The notes beneath the pieces were generated by a model. It worked only from the letters and a program-made list of their open reading frames with translations. It was not told the DNA's origin and searched no databases. Below are positions 1 to 11,945 of a stretch of DNA of 64,000 nt, one piece after another. The stretch comes from Chlorokybus atmophyticus. Its lineage: Eukaryota; Plantae; Mesostigma and Chlorokybus algae. Location: assembly GCA_009103225.1 (NCBI GenBank), contig RHPI01001168.1, forward strand, positions 311,337-375,336, read 5' to 3'. How positions within the stretch are numbered: the stretch's first letter is position 1; every line of letters begins with the position of its first letter. Both the position numbers and the translations under genes were made by a program.

Positions 1-2986
1 CTGTGTTAAGACCCTACCGGGTGAGGTAACCGAGAGAAACGGCCGATGGACGATATGCGCTTCCCCTCGCTTGATCGGATGGCGGTGGGCACCGGGCAGT
101 TCTAGACACGGTAAGGCTCCCGGCCTACTGCGACCCAACCCGTAGCACGACTCGCACGCCGGCCGTCACAGCTCAATGATGCGATGTTTGACGCGCTTTT
201 GGCACACGCGTGCCGTCGCACAAGTACGGAGCTTGTCGCCTTGCAGTTGCCAGTGAGTTCTCTCTAGGCTTGCACTTGTGGTAGACGTCACACCGGTCCA
301 GCCTTGCAATAAAGACCGAGTCACAGGCGGCCAAGATCTACCTATTAAACCTGGCCGAGATATTTGCGACCGGCGGCTTTGCGGCAAGTTGGCCGGGGTG
401 GCTCGCTGCCTCCGTGCTCTTATCCGAGAGTGCTGTGTGGACAGCACATCGCTATAGACCGGGCGCGAGACTATTGTCCACCTTTTGGGGAAACGGCGAC
501 CCATTGCGCCCAAAAAACGTGGCTCTTGGCCTGTGGCGTTGGGTCATGCATGGGATGGGCCGGGTGTGTGTTAAGCGGCCACGACAGTAATAAAACACGC
601 GTGGTAAACAACGCGTGCATTTGACTAGACAGGCCTAGACAGTGACCCTGGTCAATAAGCAGTCGGGCCCAATCGCTGCCTTAGATTATGGCCCACAGTG
701 TTGCACATTGTGCAGCGCACCTGGTAGACTAGAGGGGCCATTAGAGAAGCAAGTGAACACAGCAAGCACAAGTGCATTAGGCATTATAAAAAGGAACACG
801 AGACCAAGTTCAAGGAGCTAGGTCCCATGTGTGCAATGCAATAGTTACGCAGGACAGTCATGATAAAATGTTGTCATGCTAGTGTGACCGCATTAAGCCA
901 GTCGCGCAATGCTTTATATAATCATTGAACATTTTTATATATGAGCCAGGTGAACTAGCACAAGGTATAGGGGGAACTTACCATAGTATGCTAAGAATGA
1001 TCAGCACCCTTTTCTGAGAACATCGCCATTACATTAGATTAACTTGTTAAAGTACCTCTGCAATTCACGTGGTTACACTTTGCTCTGCTCACCCTTTCAT
1101 CTAGTTTGTTGTCTAATCAGCACTGCTATAAGCCCCTTTCAAATCATCAGCCTTGCTTGCGTGCCATAACGTGCACACTGTACCTTATACACCTCGCGAG
1201 ATATAACGACATGTAGCTAGACTTACGCAAATGATTAGCTGCACAATTGCATTGTTATGTTAATCCTAATAATGTTACGCGCTGATCACGAGCGCTTCTT
1301 TATACATTTGTTGTGCTGATAGCCGTCGTGTATGCCGGTGCTTAATATCCACTTGTAACTGTGAATTCCGAGTTCTACTTCTCGGGCATGAAGATAAGCA
1401 CATTTCTCGTGCGTCAGACTGTACGCCTTTGGGCTCGTGCATGCGAGGCACCTTGTTCACGATGGCAGCGACGCAATATGTGTGGCCCAGCAGGAGTGGG
1501 GCTACATCCACGAGCGTCGGCCTCCTTACAGCAAATGTGGAGGAAGAACTGGAGGTGATAGAGCCATGCTGGGGCGGTACAGCGGTGGTAATCCCATTGC
1601 CCCCGCTCGCCCGACTGTTGACTGGCAAATCATCCATGATGGCCTTGCTAGTACACGCCAACATGTTGCTCACCCCTCTGTTGCCGTGGCAGACCCATAC
1701 CCATGCACATGTATGAACCGACAGTGGAGGATAGGTGTGGCATTTACTGCACCACACCACACTTCATCATCCAAGTGGGAGGGGCGACGCAACGATGGTG
1801 TCACCCAATTCGAGTGATCTTCCCAGAGTGTCCCCCTTCCCGGATATGCACAGGGATGTGCCAGTCTGATGAGCCTAGCTGGATACGCACGTGTGCTTAG
1901 TGTAAGCAACAACGTTGTACGAGGTTGCCCTACACCGTTCCGTGGCTCAATGGCACACCCAGCCTCCTGACCCTGATGAGGACGCAGGCTGGGATTCTTG
2001 TGAATAATTGCACATGCGCAAATTTTTATGTGTAGACCTTGTGCTCTTCGTGCATTAAAGATGTTGCTTGCTGTGTTAATGGAACTGGTCGTGTTTGAAT
2101 TGTGAAAAATGAGTGTTAACCAGGACAGCGAGCTCCTCTACCCACTCCCCTACCATCTATAATGGAGGAGAGGTGTGCGAATAGGCAATGATAAAGTAAG
2201 GCACAACGGTTATTCGTCTGGTATTTACAACGATCAGAAATTATACACACTCAAAGCATGTCATGCATTGCAATACAGTGATCCCGTTAATAATAAGCAC
2301 AGCACGAATCACTTGGAGTTGGTGCTAAGTCACTCTCAAAATTTTACGCATGCAACTCTACTGTAGTAGTGTAAGCATGCAATATACCGTACAGATTACA
2401 AGCGTGGAGAGAACACAGTTGTCTCTGAGTGGCGCCGTAGCCGCTACGGCGCCAACTACCTTGTTGCGGCATCAAGGTAGTTGCAATGTATGCGATACGA
2501 CGGCAGGATTCTCGAAAGCATGCACTATGCTCACAACATCAACACACTCTTGCAACACTCTGTCATGCCATCTACCCTCGCATGCCAGTCCTTCTCGAGC
2601 AGGCCTACACCCAGCCCCATGCCCGGGCTACCGGCATGAAGACCGCGCGAGCCCCAGCCTACTGCTAGCTACTGTATCACTCATGTAGCATGTAGCTAGG
2701 GCTACTTTATAGACCTGTCTGTAGGGACCGCGCGTAGCTGATCAGCTGTAAGTCTGTTAAGAACACATGTGCTATATCGAGTCTTAGGAGATTTCCGAAA
2801 TAGCATGAGGCCTCGATGTGACCGTTGGCCTAGTGCCCGCGTGGCACTGCACGGTCATGATTTGACATGTATAAGTAGAAAGTCACGTCACCAGACTGGC
2901 TGGTGACACTGTAAGTGAGTACTGTGAGTACTAGGAGTACTAAGAAGTAAAGACTCTGTCTCTAAAGAGCTTGTGAAGCGACTTGA

Positions 2987-5209
2987 ACTGGAAGCACGCT
3001 GCCCCAGTTGCCAAGAATTCCCTTACTGCGTGAGACACGGTGCATGCTCTTGTGCGCTGTGCCTGTCATTGCTGTGAGCTTGTCGGTGGTGTGTTGTTTC
3101 AGTAGTCAGGGTGTTGTATCCACGTGTTGCACACTCATTCACCACACAACAGTGTATCATTCTATCCGCTCATGCAAAGAACTGTGTCTACAGCACTACC
3201 TATCGTAGTGGCTTGTTGACTTACAGTGTCACCCTCTTTGCACAAGTGAGTGTGTTGCAATCCGCATCAGATAGTGCAGTCTGCACCCAGGGATACATCG
3301 CTGGGCATTCGTTATCATTGTCATCACATAGTGCGCACAAGCACTAGTGTGTTGGGTGGTAACAGCATCAGGATAGACGGTAGAGCACAAGCACTCTACC
3401 ATTTCACCTCTGGACCAGCTGTATGAGCAGGCCCACCCCGTTCTCCCCAATAGACGAGGGTGACCTCGGCAGTTGGAGCCCAACCACCAACCTCACCTAC
3501 GAGCGGACCAGTGACGGAAGCATCAACCGCAGCAGCAGAGGCTCGCGCTCCATCTCCAGCTTCACCCCGCTCCACTCTACTACTACTACTCCTCGTCATC
3601 CAGCTTCTCCACTATCATCGGACAGCGACGACAACGAGATGGAATCTTCCAGTTCAACCACATCCCTGCGCTTCTCCGGACATGCCGGCACCACCTCGCT
3701 GGATGAGTTCATCATCAAGTTCCTCAATGATGATGGCAGAACGGTCAAGGATGCGGACTCGACGTGTGGCCTCCTTGGACTCAACTTCTGCAGGGTTCAA
3801 GTTGACAAGTACCAACTCTGGTTCCTCCTCCTCTGCCTGCTTGAGAGCTGCAGCTATGGTCAAGCCTGTTACTGCAATTGAAGTGGCAGGTGGAACGACA
3901 CCTGCTGGAAGGTGCAGGGATGCAGATGCTATGGTGCTGGCAAGCTCGCCATAGCCGTCTACTCGATGCAGTTCAGCAACGGACTTTCAGACATCGTGTG
4001 CTTCATGATCAAGATACTGAACAGCAATGTGGAAAGAGATCTCATCTGACCAGTCTTTGTTCTTCAGTGCTTGCTGCCGCATCTTGGAGTGGAACTNACT
4101 GGAAGCACGCTGCCCCGGTTGCCAAGAATTCCCTTACTGCGTGAGACACGGTGCATGCTCTTGTGCGCTGTGCCTGTCATTGCTGTGAGCTTGACGGTGG
4201 TGTGTTGTTTCAGTAGTCAGGGTGTTGTATCCACGTGTTGCACACTCATTCACCACACTTAACAGTGTATCATTCTATCCGCTCATGCAAAGAACTGTGT
4301 CTACAGCACTACCTATCGTAGTGGCTTGTTGACTTACAGTGTCACCCTCTTTGCACAAGTGAGTGTGTTGCAATCTGCATCAGATAGTGCAGTCTGCACC
4401 CAGGGATACATCGCTGGGCATTCGTTATCAATGTCATCACATAGTGCGCACAAGCACTAGTGTGTTGGGTGGTAACAGCATCAGGATAGACGGTAGAGCA
4501 CAAGCACTCTACCCTTTCACCTCTGGACCAGCTGTATGAGCAGGCCCACCCCGTTCTCCCCAATAGACGAGGGTGACCTCAGCAGTTGGAGCCCAACCAC
4601 CAACCTCACCTACGAGCGGACCAGTGACGGGAGCATCGACCGCAGCAGCAGAGGCTCGCGCTCCATCTCCAGCTTCACCCCGCTCCACTCTACTACTACT
4701 ACTCCTCGTCATCCAGCTTCTCCACTATCATCGGACAGCGACGACAACGAGATGGAATCTTCCAGTTCAACCACATCCCTGCGCTTCTCCGGACATGCCG
4801 GCACCACCTCGCTGGATGAGTTCATCATCAAGTTCCTCAATGATGATGGCAGAACGGTCAAGGATGCGGACTCGACGTGTGGCCTCCTTGGACTCAACTT
4901 CTGCAGGGTTCAAGTTGACAAGTACCAACTCTGGTTCCTCCTCCTCTGCCTGCTTGAGAGCTGCAGCTATGGTCAAGCCTGTTACTGCAATTGAAGTGGC
5001 AGGTGGAACGACACCTGCTGGAAGGTGCAGGGATGCAGATGCTATGGTGCTGGCAAGCTCGCCATAGCCGTCTACTCGATGCAGTTCAGCAACGGACTTT
5101 CAGACATCGTGTGCTTCATGATCAAGATACTGAACAGCAATGTGGAAAGAGATCTCATCTGACCAGTCTTTGTTCTTCAGTGCTTGCTGCCGCATCTTGG
5201 AGTGGAACT
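2987..5209 (+). repeat. Direct tandem duplication of ~1.11 kb (2987-4096 vs 4098-5209) joined by a single N
   Basis: The copies differ by 8 substitutions and one 2-bp indel, all in the first ~540 bp. The junction is N at 4097, so this is probably two family members or haplotypes collapsed in tandem by the assembler. Confidence 0.95.
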
Positions 5210-8200
5210 CCAAAGAGCTGTACAGCAAGCGGCAGCCGCAGAGTGGGGTACTCCTCTACCTCCAGCAACACCTGGCTCTCGTGCAGGAGGCAGCGCTTTC
5301 ACCCTCGGGTCAGTAGCACTGCGCGCACCAGCCATCACCGTAGGTGCTGCCATCTCTGATTCTCCACTCAAGGACCTGTACGCTGCCCTGCGCCGTACCT
5401 TCCCTCCTCAGACCACCAGCAAGGTTGAGGAGCTGAGACGCTTCCGACGCAAGCCCAATGAGGATCCCCTCCGCTTGTACTCCAGACTGGAAGGTCTGCT
5501 GAAGGACACTGACTACAAGATTGTCAGTGAGGAGGCTGCTGCAGTGATATACGTCAATGAGTTGGATGCTGCTCTGAGCGAGTCGACACGCCTGACTCTG
5601 AACTACAGCAGGCCCCTTGGCTACACCCTCAAAGAAGCCTTCGAGACTGCACAAGCCATCCACAAGCGCTTGGTGTATGAGAAGGCAGTGCTGGACACCA
5701 ACCGCAGCGCCGTACGGCCTGTAGTCAGCACGACAACTGAGCCTCCTCGCCGCGACCGTGGCCGGGACGCTCCACCAGCACGCGACAAAGGGAAACGGTC
5801 AGCTCATGCTGCACTTGCTGCCCCTGTGCTGTGTCATCGCTGTGGACGGCATGGGCACTACCAAAAGGAGTGCACCGAAGAATACTCAACTTTGGTTTGC
5901 GACCACTGTCACAAGTGCTGCCANNNNNNNCCACTCAAGGACCTGTACGCTGCCCTGCGCCGCACCTTCCCTCCTCAGACCACCAGCAAGGTTGAGGAGC
6001 TGAGACGCTTCCGACGCAAGCCCAATGAGGATCCCCTCCGCTTGTACTCCAGACTGGAAGGTCTGCTGAAGGACACTGACTACAAGATTGTCAGTGAGGA
6101 GGCTGCTGCAGTGATATACGTCAATGAGTTGGATGCTGCTCTGAGCGAGTCGACACGCCTGACTCTGAACTACAGCAGGCCCCTTGGCTACACCCTCAAA
6201 GAAGCCTTCGAGACTGCACAAGCCATCCACAAGCGCTTGGTGTATGAGAAGGCAGTGCTGGACACCAACCGCAGCGCCGCACGGCCTGTAGTCAGCACGA
6301 CAACTGAGCCTCCTCGCCGCGACCGTGGCCGGGACGCTTCACCAGCACGCGACAAAGGGAAACGGTCAGCTCATGCTGCACTTGCTGCCCCTGTGCTGTG
6401 TCATTGCTGTGGACGGCATGGGCACTACCAAAAGGAGTGCACCGAAGAATACTCAACTTTGGCTTGCGACCACTGTCACAAGACTGGTCATGTGGAGTCA
6501 GTCTGCTGGCTCAACTTCCCAGAGTTGAGGCCCGCCAACAGCTACAACCACAACTTCAGTGGCTACAACAGCAACAACACTAGAGGCCACACTGGCAACC
6601 ACTTCATTGGCTACAATAGCAACAACACTGGAGCCCACAACAGCAACAACGCTGGTGGCAGTAACAACAACAACAACGCTAGTGTTCGCAAGGAAGAGCA
6701 AGGCTACAGGGGGAAGAACAGACCTCCTCAGCGTAAGGGACCAGAGACACGTCCGCGCTCTGCTGCTGTTGCCGCCAAGGCTTCAGCCAACCCACCAGCT
6801 GATGACCATATGGCAGCCCTCATGGCGCGTATGGCACGCTTGGAGGAAGACAAGGAGCAGGACTACCGCGCCTGCTACGCTGCCCGATGGGCGCTGATGG
6901 CTGCAAAACGCGAGAGAGACAGGAACACTCCGTCCCGCGTGCAACCATCACGACGAGCACGAGGGGAAGCTGCAACAACATCAGCAGGCACCTCCTCCGA
7001 AGCCACCAGTGGTGCTGCCTCCGCAGCAACAGCCACACCGGCTACAACGTCGACTCCACCAACGTCAGCAGCACCCACTCCAGTTGCACCACAACCTGGT
7101 ACACCGATGGGCACCGTGACGCCGACGCTGGTGAGCACACTGGCAGCAGCCGCCATCTCTACCGAATCTGCACCAGTGGGCGGTGCACTTCCCACTGCAG
7201 CAGTGCCTCTGTCCGTGGGCGTTGAGACAACTCTCGCACCACCGACCGATACCGTCGCAACTGCCACAATGGCCATCGTCGAGCCCGCTGTCTCTGCAGC
7301 GACGCGCGCAGCCACTCTGCCCGCTCTCGACGTCACTCAGGCTGTCCCAACTGGTCAGCAAGCTGAGCGAGCATGGGAAACCATCCTGCGCGGAGCAGAC
7401 CCCACTACCATCGCCTTCGGTCGGGGGGGGGAGCGCACCACGCGTGTCGCCCGCGATGATCGCGTCTTCCCGCTACCAGAGGTTCACACCCTTCCAGCAC
7501 TCACTCAACACCAGTTAGAAGATGAGATCCTTGCTGGCACTGCACCTCCGATGCGTGACAGGGTGTTTTTGATCAGCTACAGCCCACCTGTAGTGTTGGA
7601 GTTGGCTCTGCAGCTGTTCTGGGCGTTGCACAACAACATGCAGACCGCCCCGCGCCAGCCTGCACGCATGCCAACCACCACCTTTGAACCCAGCCCGTTG
7701 GACACGTATCGGGACCGCCGAGACGCCGTCCAGCAGCGCATCGCCGACGCAGCCGACCTGCCTTTGGGCACTGATGAAGCACTCGGACCTCCTACAACCG
7801 CTCGTCTTCATCAGCGCTACCACGCACTGGAACAAGCATATCATTGGCGACAGGATCAAGCTGCCGCCATTGCTGCACGTGAACAAGCTCTTGAAGCTAC
7901 ACGTGCACCAATACCTCAGTCACCAACTGCTGGTCCATCCTCCAGCACCACTCCGCTCTTCGTCGAGACCAACTCTGACCAAGCGAGGGCGTTGGCTCAA
8001 CAAACCAGGGGGGTGATCGCCCCGTTGCTGCCTGCGCTGGTGGAGGATCTACCTGAGGACCAAAGGGAGCCAGGGAGGGGCTACCTTACACCACAAGGGT
8101 GTACACAAAGAGATGGAGCAGGACTGGTTGGAGAGCAACAACTACGCACTGCTCTGTTGCGACAAGCAACCATGCTGCATCGGCAAGAAGGCATCGGACT

Positions 8201-8643
8201 TCGGCAGATGCTTGGGATGCGAGACAATGGCAACGCGGCACGCGCACGGTTAGTGACGTGGCTGGTCACCAACCATCCCGCAGTCCCGTTGTTCGCTTTC
8301 GGCGCCAGAATAGCGTGGGTGGACGCATTCCTTCGCTCCATACGGCAAGCCTATGATGAAGTGGCTTCCGCCGCCACTGACACTCTGGAGGGAGCTCTGG
8401 AGGCGATACTGAGTTTGCCAGGAGTGGAGGCAGGACGTCAGCGCAGGCGCATCGCCGCTGCTTACGAGCAGCATGTCCAACAGCCAGAGACCCGCCTCAC
8501 TGTACGCACACGAGCAATAACAGTGCTGGAAGTGGGAGTGGTCAACGGCAGATGGGATGCTTACATGGCAGGGATCCTCAGGGTGCCTACCGTCACTCAC
8601 GACATGAGGGCGCGGCTCCTACGCGCAGTGTACCTGCAGCCCC
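4536..8643 (+). CDS. gag: Gag-like polyprotein (5' part disrupted by an internal inversion; 571-bp internal duplication)
   Basis: ATG at 4536 gives ...SLRFSGHAGTTSLDEF. Capsid-like LKDLYAALRRTFP...EELRRFRRKPNEDPLRLYSRLEGLL. Zinc knuckles CHRCGRHGHYQKEC and CDHCHKTGHVESVC, then Asn-rich and Thr/Ala-rich low-complexity tracts and a long unassigned region. Confidence 0.85.
5345..6482 (+). repeat. Tandem duplication of a 571-bp gag segment (5345-5915 vs 5916-~6482, with a 7-N gap)
   Basis: TGCTGCCA at 5345 recurs at 5916 and CCACTCAAGG at 5364 recurs at 5931. 5 substitutions between copies. The N run (7) is shorter than the 11 nt it replaces. Confidence 0.9.
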
Positions 8644-11600
8644 ATGCCTCAGAACCATCGCTATATAGACGTGGACAACAATGCGACGGCGACATGGGAA
8701 GGTACACTAGTCAGAGAGGCAGCCCATGCTGTGCGATGGACCTATGCAGAGGAGCAGGCTGCACGAGAGGCAGTCCCGCAAACACCAGGTCCTCCAGGGT
8801 TCCCGCCACAGCCACTGGCCACTCCTCCTGGCATGACAACAGCTGCACAGAGGGTCAACCCTCCTGCACCTCCACTTGGACAGGTTGCAGCAGCACCTCC
8901 AGTGCCTAGGCCACCACGCGTGTACCAGCAACCGCGACAAGGACGGTTTGGACAAAGCCGAGGACAAGGAGGCCCACAAGATCCATCAGGCAGAGGAGCC
9001 CTGGCTGCCCTACGGTCAGGCCCCGCAGATGAGAGTAAAGCAACAGTCTCTCCACGCAAGAGGTTCCGTCGCTTCAAGAGGCTGCGCATCAACGCCAATG
9101 CAGCCATGATCGCCAACCAAGGCAAGCACGTGACCGTCAATGGGCGGGCACCCAAACGCGTGATGCTGGACACTGGAGCACAGCCTGTCATCATTGGGCG
9201 CTACCTCGCACGAGATCTCGGCATCACCAGCGCTGAGCTGCTTCCCTGTCCCTACCAGCTGGACACCGCAACCGGCAACCGCGACAAGGTGCTCGGCCTT
9301 ACCAAGCAGGCTGTGAGCATTCGCCTCACAGGACTAAACCCTTCCCACAGCACCGAGATTGTACAAAGGTGTGTGGTCACCGATGCCGGGTCCTTTGACC
9401 TACTGCTGGGACAGGACTGCAACTTCCCTGTCGGCATGGGGCTGGACTGCTGGACTGAGCAGGCATGGTTTCGACCACATTGGGATGAGGACGATGGAGA
9501 GGAGCAGGGATTCCTACCTCTCGAACTGGTGGCCAAGGACCGCTCGCAACGAAGATCGGCTGCAGCAGCCACCTACAGTCTTACAAAAAGCTCACGTGTG
9601 CCTCGTGCCCGAACGCAGCCGAGGACAACTGCAACGAGCTCGAGCCCGAGCCTAAACGCTGAAGAGGACTCTCCTACACCGTACGATGAGTCTCAGGAGA
9701 CTGTCACCAAAGAAGTGGCCTTTCAGGAGCCATCCGAGCGTCGCTGGAGCGCACAAGTAGCAGCACACATGCTGCTGACCAGGCCTCAGCTCACTGCACA
9801 CTTCCCTGTCTACAAAGACCAGGCTACAGTGCAGGAGCAGTACCACATAGCTACGGGAGTTGTGGAGTTCCACATGTTCCGCCGACAACAAGGCATCACC
9901 GTGCTGGAGCTGTTCGGAGGCATAGGCAGTGGGCTTGCGGCTGTCCTCAACACAGGAACAACAGTCACCAAGTACCTCTACTGTGACCCTGACCCTCATG
10001 CACAGGAGGCTCTGAGCCATCATTTACGACAGCTGCACCAGCGCTACCCGCAGCAGCTACCACTGTCGGCACTGCAAGGGAGCCAGAAGGCTCTACCGCA
10101 GGACATCCGCTGGATTACCAAGGATCACCTGCAGGCAGTCGGCAACATTGACCTGCTGATAGCAGGGTGGGAGTGTCAAGGGCACTCCAGGGCAGGCAGA
10201 GGCCAAGGGCTCTCGGATCCTCGCTCACAGCTGTTCTGGGAGCTAATGAGAGTCATCAAACTCCTACAGATCAGTCAGATCGCTAGGCCCTTGGGGTACA
10301 TCATCGAGAATGTGCACTCCGAGGATGACAAGCGGCATCACGTCGCCAAGGCCTATCGGCAAGTATGCTCCTTGCTGGGGCATCCTCTCAAAATCAACGC
10401 CGCGCGTCATGGATCTCGTGCACACCGCGTCCGCGCCAAGTGGACCAACCTGGCCATTGTGGAAGACCTGTTTCTGGCAGAGTACCTATACAGCAATCGG
10501 CCACGAAATCTCGTCGTCGATGACATCCTGGACCCTGGACGCACAGCGCAACCAGTCACACGCCTTGACCACCACCACTTCTACCAGTGCAACCAGCCTG
10601 GTCAGCCGCGCCGCGCGCTACCCACACTTGTATCCTATCCAGGCTCCTACGCGTTCCGCAATGCAGGCGACGGCATGGTGTTGGACTCCAACACTGGACA
10701 GCTGGAAGAACCCAATGCCCGCGAGCGCGAGCGTGCTATGGGATTCTTTCCAAGCAGCATCACAGGCTCCACGCTGACAACCAGTCAACAATGTCAGTTG
10801 TTGGGGCGCGCCATGGATCAGAACAGCATGGTGTGGTACTTGGAAATGTGCTTTGCTCTCCAGGACCGCCATGTGTCCTTCCAGGAGCTCGAACACCTGG
10901 CTGGGGGGTGGATTGCTCGCTTTTCAGAGACCAAAGCAGCACACACCGCCCTCGAGACCGCCCACATGGAGGAGCAGGCAGCAGTTACTGTGGAAGACAT
11001 TCCAGTGGTCGCCAACGCTACCTCATGGTCCCACGCCATTGGACCGCTGGCCACAGGCCAGACTCGAGAGCAACTCGAGGCTCTCCTCAACAAGTGGAGG
11101 AGCCAATTCAGTTTCAGTGTGAAGGAGCTGGGCATCTGCTCAGCATACCAGATGGACATTGAACTAGTGGACACCGAACCGGTGTTCAGAAGACAGTACC
11201 GCCTCTCCAAGCTAGAAGAAGACTTGGTGGAACAGAGGTGCAAGGCGCTGCTAGATGCAGGCCTATTCGAGGAGTCCACATCGGACTTTGCGGCCGCGAC
11301 CGTCATGCCCGTGAAGAAAGATTCAGCAGGCAACTGGACAGACCGGCGCATGTGTGGCGACTATCGCCCCCTCAACAACAAGACCAAGCAGGACAGGTAT
11401 CCAATGCCTACCGCAGAAGGCATCTTTGACGATGTAGGAGAATGCACGGTCTTTAGCATCTTGGATATGCGCCAAGGGTACAACCAGATCGCCATCAAGG
11501 AGGAGGACAAGCACAAGACTCCCTTTTGGGGAAACCGGCAGTTGTACCAGTGGAAGGTCATGCCCTTCGGGCTGAAGAACGCTCCGGCCAAGTTCCAGCG

Positions 11601-11944
11601 CGTCATGGACAAAGCCCTCAAGGGGTTGGACTTCGCACGCTGCTACATCGACGACATCCTCATCTTCAGTCACAGCAATGAGGAGCATCTCCAGCACATC
11701 CGATGTCGAGTCGAAGAGGTGCTACAGAGNCGATGTCGAGTCGAAGAGGTGCTACAGAGGCTGAAGGAAGTCGGGATGACGGTGCACCCTGACAAGTGCA
11801 CCTTCTTCACCCACAAGGTATCCTATCTAGGACACATGATTGTGCCCCATGGTGTGTACGTACAGCAGGCCAAAGTGGAGGCACTGGTGGCTATCCCTGC
11901 CCCCACAGACCTCACGCGGCTGCGGGCCTTCCTCGGCCTTGCCA
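8644..11944 (+). CDS. pol: Pol, 5' part: aspartic protease, C5-cytosine methyltransferase, reverse transcriptase
   Basis: One open frame: RVMLDTGAQ (~9157-9183); MTase motifs 9895-10863; RT motifs DYRPLNNKT, MPFGLKNAPAKFQRVM and YIDD (11644-11655). Breaks at N junctions 11730 and 11945. Confidence 0.95.
9895..10863 (+). CDS. DNMT3-like DNA (cytosine-5) methyltransferase domain embedded in Pol
   Basis: Motif I VLELFGGIG; II YCDPD; III DIRWI; IV DLLIAGWECQGHS (catalytic Cys); VI YIIENV; VIII AHRVRAKWTNL (DNMT3-type AHRxRxxWxNL); IX ARERERAMGF; X QCQLLGRAMDQ. All motifs in canonical order, no stops. Confidence 0.93.
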
Positions 11945-11945
11945 N

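Noticed and set aside
1-660. Possible LTR starting TGTTAAG at position 4
   Set aside because: No second copy, defined end, PBS or TSD visible in the window.
1275-1912. Short overlapping ORFs considered as TnpB/Fanzor, integrase or Copia remnants
   Set aside because: No RuvC triad, Zn-ribbon spacing, HHCC or DDE pattern can be assembled in any frame.
2430-2454. Perfect 11-bp stem hairpin (TGGCGCCGTAG-CCG-CTACGGCGCCA) as a Helitron 3' end
   Set aside because: No CTRR terminus at the expected distance on either strand; function unsupported.
5184-8909. The 1241-aa ORF with a doubled capsid/zinc-knuckle block taken as a real protein
   Set aside because: Frame is preserved only because 7 Ns replace 11 nt; the true repeat unit is 571 bp, not a multiple of 3. 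The TTG start lies inside the inverted segment and the C-terminal ~90 aa are off-frame.
11701-11759. 29-bp duplication giving RCRVEEVLQXRCRVEEVLQ in RT
   Set aside because: Joined by an N. The extra 12 nt include a fold-back of the preceding ACATCG; likely artefact or local lesion.
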